From contig CM068761.1 in the NCBI GenBank assembly GCA_035084275.1, forward strand, positions 8,308,001 through 8,372,000: a stretch of DNA of 64,000 nucleotides, in the 5' to 3' direction. Below are positions 24,893 to 39,782 of this stretch, in pieces (the stretch's first letter is position 1; each line of letters opens with the position of its first letter). Made by a program: the position numbers and the translations under genes. The stretch is from Hydrolagus colliei. Its lineage: Eukaryota. The notes below the pieces were generated by a model. The model was not told the origin of the DNA. It did not search any database and was given only the letters and a program-made list of their open reading frames with translations.

Positions 24893-25643
24893 GTACGTTT
24901 AATCTTATTTCACCATCATGAGCTCTGACGTTCATTTTTGCGAACTGTGGGCGGTCAATATTTTCTTTGGTTGCATAAATTGAAATTCAGTGCAGAAGCT
25001 CATTCCTACAATAACTAATACATAAAGCAACGCTGTTGCCTACATCATCCAAATAATTACTGAATAGAAGGCTAAAATGGGCCTTTGAGGGCAAGTTATA
25101 CATTCCCTCTACGTTGCCTATTTCAAGACTCCTTTTGGACCATTCCTTTGGTCGTTCTTCTAGCCCTACTCTCCGCCCTCCACCCCTTCTGATCCCAACC
25201 ACCAGCTAAGGTGTGGATCTCTGATTGTCCAGCAATGACCTCGGGATGCCCTCCTGGTATGAAAGACGCAATACAAATGTGATTTATTGTTGTTATTCTT
25301 TTGTTAGTTAGGCTCTCTGAGAAGCCGTCCGGCGTGGAGGGCGCTATATAAATCAAAGTTGTTGTTATATTCAATAATAATAATCCATGCAGCATCGGCT
25401 TATCACGTTGTCGAGACATCTCAAAGCACTTCACGCAATATACTAAAAAGTGAATTGACTTGATTTTGTGGCAAAATGGTAGTCATAAAGAATTCGAGTT
25501 TAACAGCAGCTAAAAAAAAAGTGATGTCTAAATTGATAGCCAGTTGAAACCTGTAGCATACATGCATGTGGAGAGATGGAAGAAGTTTGAAATTTTATAA
25601 ACTATAAATATTAATACTGACTTTCCGTCCACCTTATCTCTAG

Positions 25644-25820
<177 letters not shown>

Positions 25821-25900
25821 TAAGTAGCTACTGTAGACATTTGCTTTGTGCCAGCATGACTGTTGGCTAGCTGAGTATGAACTGTAAAATAGTCTTGTAA

Positions 25901-26320
<420 letters not shown>

Positions 26321-26553
26321 TAGGTTTGATTTCCGGGGGATTTACTGTATAAATATTATACAGTGCAATCCTTTAATGATTTTCTGATGGATGGCGAGTT
26401 TGGTATTCTAATCGCTTCAGAGACTAACTGTTTTGACTCAATGGGTTTCTCATATTCTGGCCTGGACGTATTGTCACAAGGGGACAGAGCTGTTGGTTAC
26501 ATGCTTGCGGTGGGTTTTGTTACAACTCAACAATTAGCTTCCATTAATGATAA

Positions 26554-26907
<354 letters not shown>

Positions 26908-27114
26908 TAAAAGCTCTTGGTTTTCCTCATCTAGTTTTACCTGGAACCTGACAGGTGAGGAGCCAAGAGTTGTACTTTTTTACTCCCATTTTATCTCCTT
27001 GATTTTATATCCTTGATTTTATGGTTACTTTGGGGATGGGGGAGGGAGAACTGTAATCCTCTGTGTTGGTGGCAATTTTAACAATAATGCCAATTTAATC
27101 TCTATGTCCCGTAG

Positions 27115-27300
27115 AGCGACGTGCCTCTCATTAAAATTGGTGACAAGGTGGGCGCCAGTGAAGCCACACTGCTGAACATGTTGAACATCTCCCCCTTCTC
27201 CTATGGACTGATAATCATGCAGGTGTATGATAATGGCAGTGTGTACAACCCAGAGGTTCTGGACATCACAGAAGAAACTCTGCAAATGCGTTTCTTAGAG
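27115..27300 (+). CDS. RPLP0: RPLP0 exon 6
   Basis: [32 protein letters not shown]...MRFLE. Confidence 0.98.
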
Positions 27301-27518
27301 GTTTGTGAATTGGATGCTGCAGTGGGTATCTAGTCAGGTGCTTCGTAAACCTAGAAAACAGGATAACAGCTGAGTGATTTTCTACTTGAAACCCCAAATG
27401 CGAGCATTAGTGCGTCAAATGTCAGAAGTGAAGAAGCTGAATTATCAAGAAAGTTGGACTTCAGAAATGTTTGGTTTGATTTCCCCCGGTAGCAGAGTGG
27501 GTAAAGGCACTTGAATCA

Positions 27519-27833
27519 GTCCTGTAGCTCAGTGGTTAGAGCACTCGCCTTACGAGCGTGAGACCTGGATTTCGAATCCAGGCAGTGCAAAACCTTGGGC
27601 AAGTTTCCTTACTCCACATGCCCAATAATAATATGTCCAAAAATAACTATAATAAATTGGTCATTTCAATCCACGACTGTTTTCTTAGTGGGATACTGCT
27701 GTGCGCAATTGGCTGCCATGTTTCGTCCACAAATACACAGTCAATTCACTTTACAGTTTATTCTGTGAAGCGCTTTGAGACGTCTAGAAGATGTGAAAAG
27801 CGCTATATCAAATGCAAGGATTATTATTATTAT
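27519..27833 (+). mobile_element. Full-length tRNA-derived DeuSINE-like SINE
   Basis: A box TAGCTCAGTGG (27525-27535), B box-like GGATTTCGAATCC, Deu-like core CTGCTGTGCGCAATTGGCTGCC, tail AAGCGCTTTGAGACGTC..(ATT)n. Dozens of copies in the window. Confidence 0.88.
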
Positions 27834-28137
27834 TAATCAACAATAACAAACATTTGCACTTATATAGCGCCGTCTACTCAGAGTAGTCTCTCAGCTTGCT
27901 TGAACCCTGGAATCAGAATCTTAATTCTGTTGAGGTAGCTGATCTGAACTGAGCAAGCAGTTCAGGTGTTGTAATTGGCTCTGTCTGGGATTTCAAATGT
28001 ATTTGTAGTTGTTGCTGGTTGCCAGTGGGTAATCAATCCCCAGTGACCCTCGCCTGAAAGTTGGTGTGATGACGATCAGTGAATGTTGGGGATGTATGTT
28101 TGTTCCACTTGCTCACCATTTCCCGTTGCTTTTGCAG

Positions 28138-28278
28138 GGAGTCCGCAATGTGGCCAGTGTGTGTCTGCAGATTGGTTACCCAACGATTGCGTCCATTCCA
28201 CACTCTGTCATCAATGGCTACAAGAGGGTGCTGGCGGTTGCTGTGGAAACAAACTACTCGTTCCCATTGGCTGACAAG
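28138..28278 (+). CDS. RPLP0: RPLP0 exon 7
   Basis: [47 protein letters not shown]. Confidence 0.98.
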
Positions 28279-29622
28279 GTAATGGGACGGGAGAAAAGTC
28301 ACATATTTTACAAATTGAAAAGATGTTGTGAGCCACAGCTCCTATGTCCAGAAATAATTAGGTCATTTCAATCCATGACTGTCTGGGACACTGCTATGCG
28401 CAATTGGCTGCCATGTTTCGCCCACAAATATACAGTCAATTCACTTTACAGTATATTCTGTGAAGCGCTCTGAGACGTCTAGAAGATGTGGAAAGTGCCA
28501 TATCAAATGCGGGATTGTTATTATTACAGTCAATTCACTTTACAATTTATCATGTGAAATGCTTTAAGATGTCTCAAAGAAGTGGTACAGAGCTATTTTA
28601 AATCCAAGGATTATTATTGTGTTAGAGCAGCCTAAGAGTGGCTTTTGGATATTCTTGAAGGGGAGAGGGAAGGAACCAATGCTGGTTAAAGCGCGTGCCA
28701 GATATTTGGCCAAAAACACACCAAAAAAATGCATTTTCCGGATAAATTCCGATTAATCAAACGCGGACTTATTTTTTACAGAAGTTACGATTGATTGGGT
28801 GCCACGTTGACTATGTATTTGTAGGCAAAACGTGGCAGCCAATTGCTTTTACTGTACTACTATTGTGTTTTTAAAAAAAAGAAAGTAAATTGTGTAACAT
28901 TTACTGATGCCATCTACTGATAACAATGTAAGATAATTATGTTAATGAGAATGTTGGAGTGGGAGGTCAGTGCTGACACATATCCAATGGAAGTCTTAGG
29001 CTTAACCACCTGTACATGGAAATTCATTTGGAATGATTATTCCTCTCATTTTCACAATAAGCTATACCTTGATTTATTCATAGCCATTGTTGCCTTATTT
29101 TAACTGCATTGGGTTATATTTGGGCCCATTTTAATGAATGTTGGGTTAACTCTGGTTAACTATTTGCAGTGTTTACAATGCTGCTGTATGTAGCTTGTCG
29201 TGTTTCTAAAAAACTTATTTTATATATTTTAAAAATACACTAATTAATCCTATTCACTGTTAAATGCTGGGTGTCTTTCAATGGCAAATAGAGATTGGGC
29301 AACATAAATTCGAAAAAGGATTTTAAGAGCTGCTCTTTATCACAGGACACATCCTCCCTCTCCACTTTGTTTTTCTCTATTGTTCTAAGAGGATGATCCT
29401 TTTGAACATCATAGGCTTTTCGATTTCCACTAGAGAGATGACTGGGTCATATTCTACTTTGTGTGTTCTCCTGTTCTTTGCTTTCTCTGATATCTCACGT
29501 GAGGTGGTTGGGCAATGTGCCTTTTGGGGAATTGTCAGTATATTGAGGTGTTTTGCCACTGGAGTTGTGGCTGTTTAAATAGTTGGAAGATGATTTTTGA
29601 GCTGTTCCTTTGATTTCCTCAG

Positions 29623-29775
29623 GTGAAGGCTTTCCTGGCTGACCCAACTGCCTTTGCTGTACCTGTTGCTGAGGCTGCTCCAGCTGCAGCCAAGAAGATA
29701 GAAGAGAAGAAGGAGGAGAAGAAAGATGAGTCTGAGGAATCAGATGATGATATGGGCTTTGGCTTGTTCGACTAG
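29623..29775 (+). CDS. RPLP0: RPLP0 exon 8 (terminal)
   Basis: [11 protein letters not shown]...[13 protein letters not shown]-stop; AATAAA at 29823-29828. Confidence 0.98.
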   Translation: MKAFLADPTAFAVPVAEAAPAAAKKIEEKKEEKKDESEESDDDMGFGLFD

Positions 29776-30907
29776 ACGTCAGTCAGCAGAACCAAATTAG
29801 TTGAATGAGATGTCTAACCAAAAATAAACCTCATTGATACACCTGATTTTAACGTGCGGTAATGTTTTGCCTCACTTCCATTTCATGTTCCGCCTTATAT
29901 ATGTCCTTTCACCACACAGCCACAGCAACTCATCACTTAATATACGCACCAAGTACTGCATTGTTTTGGTCAGCCAGCATTCTGTTATGCAGAAATTCAT
30001 TAGCAACAACAACAAAAGCTCGGATTTATATCCACCTCGGACAGTGACGCAGAGCGCTTAATTATTACCACACATAACAGTTTCCAAACCAGACTAAGCC
30101 ATCTGCATTTAGAAATTCCTGTGCCTGGAAGAGAGTGCACTGTACCTGGAATAATGTAACAACAACTTGGATTTATATAGTGCCCTCTATGCCGGAAGTG
30201 GCCTCAGAGCGCTTCCCAATAACGGATCCCGGGGCCAAGCCAGGAGGAGGGGGAAGAATGTGACCGAAAGTGTGGTCGAAAAGGAAGGTCTTTAGCCAAA
30301 ACCTGAAAGTAGGAAGAGGGGACGAGGCGAAGGGAGTGAGGAAGGGAGTTCCAGAGCCTCGGGGCATAGTGGCTGAAGGCAAGGCCGCTGATGGTGGAGC
30401 GGAGGATTCCAGGGTTGAGGAGGCCAGACCTGGCACCCACCGTACCAAATTGGTATTGGTAAGTGCTGAGGCTTTTGGATCTCCCAAGAGTATCAGCGGT
30501 AGTTCAAACAACTAAAACAGCATAGCTTCCCATTAAGCGCATTGTCCGGCCAAATTCATGCTGTTAGCCCAATAAAAATCACCCTAACACATTAGGGCTT
30601 TGGCTTGCATGGTTATGGCGTCCGGTGCGGTGGGTGCTATATAAGTCCAAATTGTTGTTGGTTATAATGGGAGCTGAGTAGAAAGAATGTCCCTCTAAGT
30701 CCTGCTGATGATCTGAGCTGTCATTCAAGTTTCCTGGAGAATCGCAATACACCTTCCTCAGCAACATGACTAACAAGATCACCGCAGGGAATTAATTTCA
30801 GCTCCAATGAGCCTCACCTCCTAAGCAGGATAGTCACTATCTGATCTGCACAATCTGGTACTCGATTAGCACAATATCAAGTGATCTCAGACCTAAATGT
30901 ATAACAC

Positions 30908-31430
30908 AAAAACAACAACAACAAATTACATTTATAGAGCGCCTTTCACGTCGGGCGGACGTCCCAAGGCGCTGCACAGGAGGCGTGTGACCCGAGCTGA
31001 GAGGGGAGTGTTTGGGAAGGGGTGAAACACGAAGGGGAGGTAAAAGAGTTTGGGGTGGAACAAAAGGCACGATCAAAGAGGCCGTGTAAGACCTTGTAGG
31101 TGAGGACGAGGATCTTGAACTCGATCCTCTGGAGGATGGGGAGCCAGTGGAGACGGGTGAGGGTGGGGGTTATGTGGTCGCGGAGGCGGGTGCGGTATAG
31201 TACACGGGCTGCAGAGTTTTGAATGACCTGCAGCCTGTGAATGGAGGAACTGGGGAGGCCAACGAGGAGAGAGTTTCCATAGTCCAGCCGTGAGGTGATG
31301 TACACGTGCACGAGTGTTTCGGCAGCGCGGGGGCTGAGATAGTTGCGGAGCCTGGCAATATTGCGCAGGTGGAAATAAGCGGTGCCGGTCAAGGCGCGGA
31401 TGTGGGGGAGGAAGGAAAGTTTTGGATCTG
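30908..31430 (-). mobile_element. L2 fragment with internal deletion
   Basis: Near-identical to the 11.7 kb copy but jumps from the 3' UTR directly to GCCGTGTAAG, removing ~190 bp. Confidence 0.85.
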
Positions 31431-32600
31431 TGCAACATAGAAAGGTATCATATAAAATGCAAGGAATTCTTAGTTATTGGAGTATTTTAAGACTTGCAAT
31501 GTAATTGCTATAATCACTATTGAATTAAATGTTTAATAGCATAGTCACATTGAATTCTACGTTAAAACTTATGCAGCTTCCTGTTTGAAAGCCTCTCTTT
31601 GTGATTGATGGGATCGATTCGTTCACAGGGATTAGGTAAATTTCCTACTCTGCAAATCCCTGTTTATCTAGCAGTAAATTGGAACCCAATTGTTAGTCAA
31701 TTGGCTGATTGTTTTTCCGGTGGGGTTGGTGGGGGTAATAATCCTTTCAGTAAAATAAGTTAGTCACTCAATCCACAATTGGTTGTGGGACATTGATGTA
31801 TGCAATTGACAGCCGTGTTTTGCCCATAAAATATACAGTTGATTCACTTTTCAGTATATTCTTTGAAGTGCTTTGCAAAGTCTTGAAGACCTGGTGAGGC
31901 GCTATATCATATCCAAAGATTATTAATATTTTCCAGAATGTCGACCTATGCAGTCAGTCTGAATATAAAACAGTTTGTTGATGTGTCTATGGTGATAGCT
32001 TACGTCCTGTAGCTCAGTAGTTGGAGCACTCACCTTACAAGATTGAGACCTGTGTTTGAATCCAGGCAAATTTCCTTACTCCACACACCTAATAATAATC
32101 CCTCCCAATTTTTTTAAAAATGCTCATTTCAATCCGCTGCCATTTGTGGAACACTGCTGTGTGAAATTAATCTTAGTTTTGCCCATAATTGTACAGTTAC
32201 TTCACTTTACACTATATTCCGTGAGACGTCTAGAAGACGTCATATAAAATGCAAGGATTATTATTATTGTAGCTGAAGCCTCATACTTTATACATCCAGA
32301 AGCCAGCGCTGTGGAGCTACAGAGAATTAACAACAATGTCTGTATGTTTAAAAATGCGCTTTCCTAAAAATGACAGAGTAAAAAAGTGTCAAATGTTGCA
32401 TTGAAATTTCAAGAATGGTTACATAAAGATAAGAAATGTAGAGATTTTACCAGATATTCTTGTCAAAAAATGAATGATTATGAAGTTAACGATAAATTTT
32501 ATCTAGTCTATTGTTGGTCAGGACACCGTAGAACTTCTCTAATGCCCAGGTCTCGGGTGAACACACAACACAACAACGTACAATAATCCTTGCATTTGAT

Positions 32601-34290
32601 ACAACAACAACAAAATTACATTTATAGAGCAATTTTCACATCGGAAAGACGTCCCAAGGCACTGAACAGTCAGGCGGGACCCGAGCAAGGCAGAGTGGCA
32701 GGGTAGGCGGGAATGCGGGAGAGAGTTAGGAGGGGAGGGAGAGAGTTGAGGGGGAGCAGAAGGCATGGTCAAAAAAGAGAGTCCTGAGAACAGCTTTGAA
32801 GGAGGCGAGGGAGGGAGCGAAGCGAAGGGACTGTGGGATGGAGGTTCCAGAGTGTGGGAGCAGAGAGGCTGAAAGCCCATCCGCCGATGGTAGAGCGGGT
32901 CAGGCGGGAGACATGGAGCAGACCAGAGCTCACTGAATAGAGGGGGTGGGGAAGTTCACAGGGGGAGAGCAGGTCAGAGATGTGGTGGGGTGTGGGGGGG
33001 TGGGGGCAAGGCCATGAATGGCCTTCAAAGTGAGGATGAGGATCTTGAATTTGATCCTCTGTGGGATGGGGAGCCAATGGAGCTGGGTGAGGGTGGGAAT
33101 GATGTGGTCACGGAGCGTGATACGGAGATGCAGAGTTCTGGATGATCTGCAGCTTGTGAAAGGAAGAACCAGGAAGGCCAATGAGGAGGGAGTTTGCATA
33201 GTCAAGCTTCCATGTGATGAATGCATGGACAAGGGTTTTGGCAGCCTGATGGGTGAGGCAGTGACGGAGTCTGGTGATGTTGTGAAGGTGGTGGAAGGCA
33301 GTACTGGTCATGGCACAGATGTGGGGGAGGGACGACAGGTTCCTGACTGGCATAGAGAGGTCAGAGTGCAGCCTTGGATGCTGATGGTGTGGAGGTGCTG
33401 ATGCGAGCCAATCAGGAAAGCCTCAGTCTTGCAGACATTCAGCTGAACAAAGTTATTTCTCATCCATGACTCAACAACAACACCACAAAATTACATTTGT
33501 AAAGCACCTTTCACATCAGGAGGACGTCCCAAGACGCTGGACAGATACTGCTTCAGACCCGAGCTGAGGACGGGGGTTAGGGGAGGAGTTGACAATGGTT
33601 CCATCGAAGAGGAGAGTCCTGAGGCGAGATTTGAAGGAGGCCAGGGAGGGGGCAAAATGGAGGGACTGTGAGATGGAGTTCCAGAGGTTGAGGGCAGTGT
33701 GCCTGAAGGCTCGCCTGCCAATGGTTAGGCGGGTGGGTCAGGCGATGTGGAGCAGGCCAGAGCCTGCTGAATGGAGGGAGTGGTCAGGTTGGTAAGGGGA
33801 TAGGAGGTCATGGATGTAGGGTGGGGCGAGGTTGTGGAGGGCTTTAAATGTGAGGACCAAGATCTTGAATTGGATCCTCTGGATGATGGGGAGCCAATGG
33901 AGTTGGCTCAATGTCAGACAGGCAGGCAGTCAGGTCACTAGTAGTTCTGGAATTGAGGGTGGAAGTGGAAAGGTAGACTCGGGTGTCAAAGGCATACACG
34001 TGGAAATTTACCCAATGTCTACAGATGATGTCATCGAGGGGGACATGTAGAGTGTGAAGAGGAGGGAACCAAGGATAGAGCCCTGAGGAATGCCGCACGA
34101 GACAGTGTGGGGGCTGAAAGAAAAGTGGACACAAAGTAGAGGCTGTGTGAAAGGCAGGACCGGAACCAGTCGAGGACAGTACCTTGAAAGTTGAGGTGGG
34201 AGGAGAGGCGGTGAAGGAGGTTTGGTGTCGAAGGCGGTGGATAGGTTGACGAGGACGAGGAGGCAGAGGGAGCCCCTGGTCACAGATGGT
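32601..34290 (-). mobile_element. Cluster of older L2 fragments
   Basis: Several (CAA)n tails and frameshifted RT motifs (HWLPIPQRIKFKIL; LTACLSDI). Confidence 0.75.
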
Positions 34291-36765
34291 AAAGATATAA
34301 TGAGATGATCTTGACCAGAGCATATTTGAGATGTTTCAAGTACAGTATAGAATAGAAAGAATATACTCTGAAGTGACTTAACTGTAAATTTTGTGGGTGA
34401 AACTTGGCAGCCAAATGTGTGTGACAGTGTCCCACAAGCAACATGGATTGAGTGACTAATTTTGTTAAACCAATGCAATTGACATAGTGTGTTTCACATC
34501 TTCTAGATGTATTATTATTGTTTTTGAAACAATTATCAAAAAAAAACTTATTTATATAACGCCCCACATGCAGGATAGTGTCACAGAGCACTTGACAGTT
34601 GGATGCCAAGGGGGTGGGAGGGGAAGGGAGGGGAGGGGGACGTGACCATGAGTACAATCAAAGAGGAAAGTCTTCAGCCATGATCTGAAGCTAGGGATTC
34701 AAGTCACAATGTGGACGATTAGAGAAAGAATGTTCCAGAGTTTCAGGGCATAGCAGCTGAAAGTGCAGCCACCAATAGGTGAACAGAGGGCACAGGGGAC
34801 ATGCAGCAGTCTGGAGCCAGTCGAGCGGAGGCAGCGGCTACTTAGTTGAGGAGTAAACAGGTCAGAGATTAGGTTGGTACCAGCGCATCAAGGGATTTGA
34901 AAATGAGTGTGAGGATCTTGAAATCAATCCATTCAGTGGGAGCGGGCAGGGCAGCGGGCAGGGCAGTGGGATTGAATCGCTCTTTTCAAAGAGCCGGCAC
35001 AGACTAGATGGGCCAAATGGCCTCCTTTTGTGCCGTAAAATTCTATGAATCTATAAAGTGATGGGAGCGGGTGGAGCCTGACTCAAGCACTCTGAGGCGC
35101 TGTCCGGCAAGGACAGCTATATAAAATGGTGTTGTTGTTGACGTACTGGTGTGGTGGGGCAGTGGAGTTCAGTGCGGGTGGAAATGCGGGTGGCAAAGTT
35201 TTGGATCAGATGGATCTTGTGGCCGGTGGAGCTGGGCAGACTGGCAAAGAGCACAGTTGAAAAGCAAAGTCAGTAGGTGAGGACTCCTCACACATGGACT
35301 CCAGTCCAGTACAGCAACCAAAGCACAGCGTAGCCAACAGCATGGCGCCCTACAATCCCCCATCACTGCCCTGGATGCCAACCTCGACCGTGAGCCCAAG
35401 TCCTCCACCGCCCGATACTCTTATATCTGAAGAATAAACAAATCCAGTTGGAGGGAAAGGGCAAAGCAAATAAGCTATACATTTGGAAAAGATTAAGAAT
35501 ATCCACAAAATACAGATGAAATGTAAATCACGGGATGTTCATATAGGAGAAAAACAGGGAATGAGTTGATGAATGAGTAAGAATTTCAGAAACGTGAAAT
35601 CAAAGGCAGACACTCAATGATAAATGAGAACTCAATATTAAATAGTAACAACAGCAACAACAACAATAGCACAATTACACTTGAATAGCAACTTTCACGT
35701 CAGGAGGACGTCCCAAGGCGCTGGAGGTCATTGTTTCAGATCTGAGCTGTGGTTGGGAACGGAGAGGGTGGAGGGAGAGGGGGGATTTATTTGGGGTGAC
35801 CGATGTAAATATGTAAATAATAGCAAATAAGTAAATTTGTAACTGAGAGTAAATGGGTGAGATAGTTTCTCTAAGTATAATTTGTTCAGCATTTTATTCA
35901 TCAGAATAGAACATCTGTTGACAGGTGTCGATGCTCAGATAAAGATTTCCTTTGGAGTTATGTAATAGTTATGCTGAATTTCACAATAATACAGTGTGAG
36001 TCAACACGAACACACATCCACAAAATACACTATGAAAATAAGTGCACATGGGTTAGGGATTAATCGCAATGAACACATCTTAAACCGGGTAGGTGCGGGG
36101 TTGAAGAATTCATAAATCATGAAATTTAGGTTTAAAACTAAGTGACAATTTTCACTGTCGAGTTCAGAACACAACGACAACAATGATACGTTGTAACATG
36201 ACTTGTTTATGCATTATGAATTTCAGAATATTGCCTGGATTAATGATTTGAAGCATTTATTAACCGTGTCCGTTGGACTCTCCCTAAATCCAAATTAGAA
36301 ATACGTTTATTTTATCAAGATTTGTTCACTAGTTTGTATCGCAATTTGTGAGTGTGTGTGTGAGAAATGTAGTTTGTTCCATTGCTTAAAAAGTTGTATT
36401 TTAAAGAGATCGATCCCCTTTTGAGTATGAAGGTTTTTGTTCAAAAGCCTAAATCGGCAATTGTGACTTTTAAAGTACAGTACATGAGACTGTAAGTGAA
36501 TGCCCATTGACGGATCCCAACACAGCGACTTTGCTTCATGTCTCAATCATTCCACCAAGTATTATAACAGGTATTACATGGTTTCCATTAAACAGACTAT
36601 TCAGTATTTGAACCAATATATCTAACAGTCAATATATATATACTCATTATTTTTTCCTGCATCGCAAGTCTTAAAATAGGTTTTAGCGGGTTTTATTTGC
36701 ACCTGGTAATCACAGCTTAATGCCTATATATTTTTGCAAAGTGACCTTTAAGATCCATCTCGCTA

Positions 36766-36981
36766 TTAATTGAATTCTTCTGATGTTGAAAATACCCCCA
36801 CCGACGTGGGAGTATTGCGGTGAGAGGTGAAGCTTAAGCAATCTTGCAGAATTTGGAGTCTTAATGAATTAGAACCAAAGTTTCCCACCACACTGAGTTG
36901 GGTATCTCGTCTCTTCTCCGTCTCTCGCACTCTCACCTTCACGCGAGAAAACTGTTTTTCAACCTTCGTTTCGACTAACAC
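36766..36981 (-). CDS. Candidate terminal exon of the NKp30-like gene
   Basis: ttttgttgtag acceptor and phase-0 open frame of 71 aa to a stop. No recognisable homology. Confidence 0.2.
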   Translation of the reverse strand: MLVETKVEKQFSRVKVRVRETEKRRDTQLSVVGNFGSNSLRLQILQDCLSFTSHRNTPTSVGVFSTSEEFN

Positions 36982-39782
36982 CTACAACAAAACCAACACT
37001 GTGATGGAAGGTCCTGTCTACCTTTGTTCAGATGGACACTAAAGTTCACAGCACTATTCTAACAGAGAAAGTCATTTGAGATCTTGGCTGTTTGTGTGGT
37101 TTCTCTGCGAAAGTGGCTGCAGAATTTGCCTCACAATGTTGACAGTAATTACTGTCAAGGGGAGTTTGAGTGTTTTGAACGTGATAAAGCTGCAGTGGAA
37201 ATGCTAGTTCCACCTTCATGGACCAGTATATTTAGTATGTATCGTTTGGATCTGTACGCTGATGAGAACGATGAATTCATATTGAAATCTGGTCTTCCTT
37301 GTTGTTTTTACCCTCTTGTCTGTTCAGCACACGTTGCCTGCCTATATTACTCTCATTCTATCTGCAGTCAACAATTACTCAGCTTTGTTATCTAAAGACA
37401 CATTTTCAATAATGTAAACATCAAACACTGTGACCTCACTCTATATTACCCTCACAGACATTCCATTGAAAAGGTTGATTCAATGTTATGATGCATCAGT
37501 GGAAGTTAGTGTAACCCTCGGATATATTTAGTGATAGAATCGGTAGAGTGGGTGGGATTCTGGAAATATGGGTCCAAAGAGTATGTTCCAGTACCGCGAT
37601 TGTGTTATGTTGGCTAACAGGATCATGTTATCCAACTGACCTAAACATCCATCCACGTTATACTAAGTATACTCAGTGTCAGCTTTTGGTTTATTTTATT
37701 ACTATTTGCTACCATAGCTTCGGTGACGTTTGCTTTCTGAAATCCCGAATAGACAAAGCAATTCGCAGCTAAGTTACAACACTCACATGTATTACTTCAC
37801 GAAACGCTTGATTGCACACGGCGTATCTCATAAAATGCGCTGGTAAGCTTAGCGCTCGGTTACAAAACAGAAAGTCACTGCATTTTACAGTAAATGGTGT
37901 GAAGCGTTTTGAGACATCGTCCTGCCGTGGAAGGCGAGATATCAAATGCAAGGGTTGTTGCGATTATCAACAAAGATAGGATTTGGGTAACTTGGTAATT
38001 AATGTTACCTTCTCTTCACCGTTAGTGACAATTACCACCCGCGGGCTGACTGTTTACACACATTATTAGCAGTGACCGGCTTTACTGGATGAGTGCGGCA
38101 GAGAATCGATATGTGGGAGCCTTGAAAACCATTGTGTTGGCGTTTCTAATGTCAACACGTTTGCAAGTTAACCCTGTGTAGGCATTGCACCCGAACTCAC
38201 TAGGCTACCTTAACTTGCACGCCTCCCACTTAACATTGCAACTCCTGTGGTATTGATAGCTTTATTCCTTGTTAGCTTAACTCTAAAAAAAGAATGTTTT
38301 ACCGAAAGAAATGTGTTTATACCGGCGAAGTTGTCTCTGTTCATAGCGCGGATTATAATTATTTTCAACGTTGGCCAGCTGGGAAGTGTTACATATATTT
38401 GCACGTATTTGCTGTTGAAGAAAGATAAAATTAAAGTAATTCTTTAATATAGGTTAATTCTGGGATTCATAAACAATATAATGTCCTGCAGGTCACTGGT
38501 TAAAGCCCTCGCCACTCAAGCGATACACCTGGGCTTTGATTCCAGGCCAGGGAAAAACCTTGGACAAGTTTCCTTTCACACGCCTGATCACTCAGGAAAA
38601 ACAGTAATAATCTGATCACTTCAATCCACCACTGTTTGTGGGGACGCTGCCATGCGCCATTGGCTGCCGTGTTTAGCCCACAAATTTACAGTCGATTCAC
38701 TTTGCAGTATGTTCTGGGAAGCGCTTTAAGACGCCTAGGAGCCCTATATCAAATGCAAGCAATTCTCATTATTCAATTGCTTGGATGTGAAGAAGAATCG
38801 ATCTTAAATGCCAGAACATCACAATAACCTAAAGGGTTACTTTTGAATTCCCCCCTCCCTCCACCTCGGATTTCTGGAGTGAGCGCTTTCAGAACTGAAA
38901 GGTTAAGTGTGTAAAAATGATTAGCTACCCCACCATTGAACCGTAAAACCAGACGATTTATTAATTTCATGATGATTTGTTATTATTTTCCAACCCAAAT
39001 CAAGCGAACCACTTTCCCTTTCTCCTGCCCCCACAAACACCCACACAGAGATCAAGGGATCATGGCAACTTCCGTGTATTTAATGTAGAATAAAACGATA
39101 AAACGCACCCATCAGTTATTGTCTGCTGTGCTTCAATGTGAAGAAACTCGGGCAGGAATAATGGAGCATCAGAAATGTTTTTTTTAATCAGTTAGGAAAT
39201 GGTGAGGAGAGCTAATGAGCAGTTTAACAATAAATCATTTTTAGTTAAAATAAACATTTGATTTAAGAAACGGCGTCAGTTCTGGTGGGAAAGAGCCTGG
39301 AGTTGATGCTGTTGTCAACCACTGGAGAGTTTGCTACCTGAGGCTCATCTTATCCTACAACTGCAGTTTGGAGTAGATAGTTTCCCTCTCCAGATAACCC
39401 TGTGTGTCCGGCTGTGCTGGGTGGTTCCTCAGATCTGAATTCTCCACCTGGAACCGCAATGTTCACAATCAGTCCACTTACCATCCATATAAATAACACT
39501 GAGAATTGGTGAGAAAAGCCACAGAAATCTTTTGAGGTGCGATCAAGAGGATTCGCTGTAGTCTTACTGCAAATGTGACTCTAACAATTTAAGACCTATA
39601 TTCTCACTATGTTCATTACAAATGCAATTTGTTGTTGTTTAAATCATCATCTAAATAAGGTGTATTTTGCTTCATTTCTTTCGTATTTAATTAATGAAGA
39701 TTTATCAACATTAATTGACACGAGCTGAGCAGTGTTTCAGCAAGAGATATTTGCTTTGTGCATAGACAGCAACATACATTTA

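Noticed and set aside
27519-27590. tRNA gene
   Set aside because: It is the tRNA-derived head of a SINE that continues into the Deu core and LINE tail; many diverged copies exist.
29389-29496. Box C/D snoRNA candidate in RPLP0 intron 7
   Set aside because: The C box is only GGATGAT, the terminal stem is weak, no rRNA antisense element was recognised, and the distance to the acceptor (~130 nt) is atypical.
35169-35408. Cys-rich ORF
   Set aside because: An alternative frame matches degenerate L2 RT (SLPSSTGHKIHLIQNFA).
36432-36470. RSS nonamer GGTTTTTGT
   Set aside because: No heptamer at 12- or 23-bp spacing. The CACTGTG near 37426 likewise lacks a nonamer. No RSS supported in the window.
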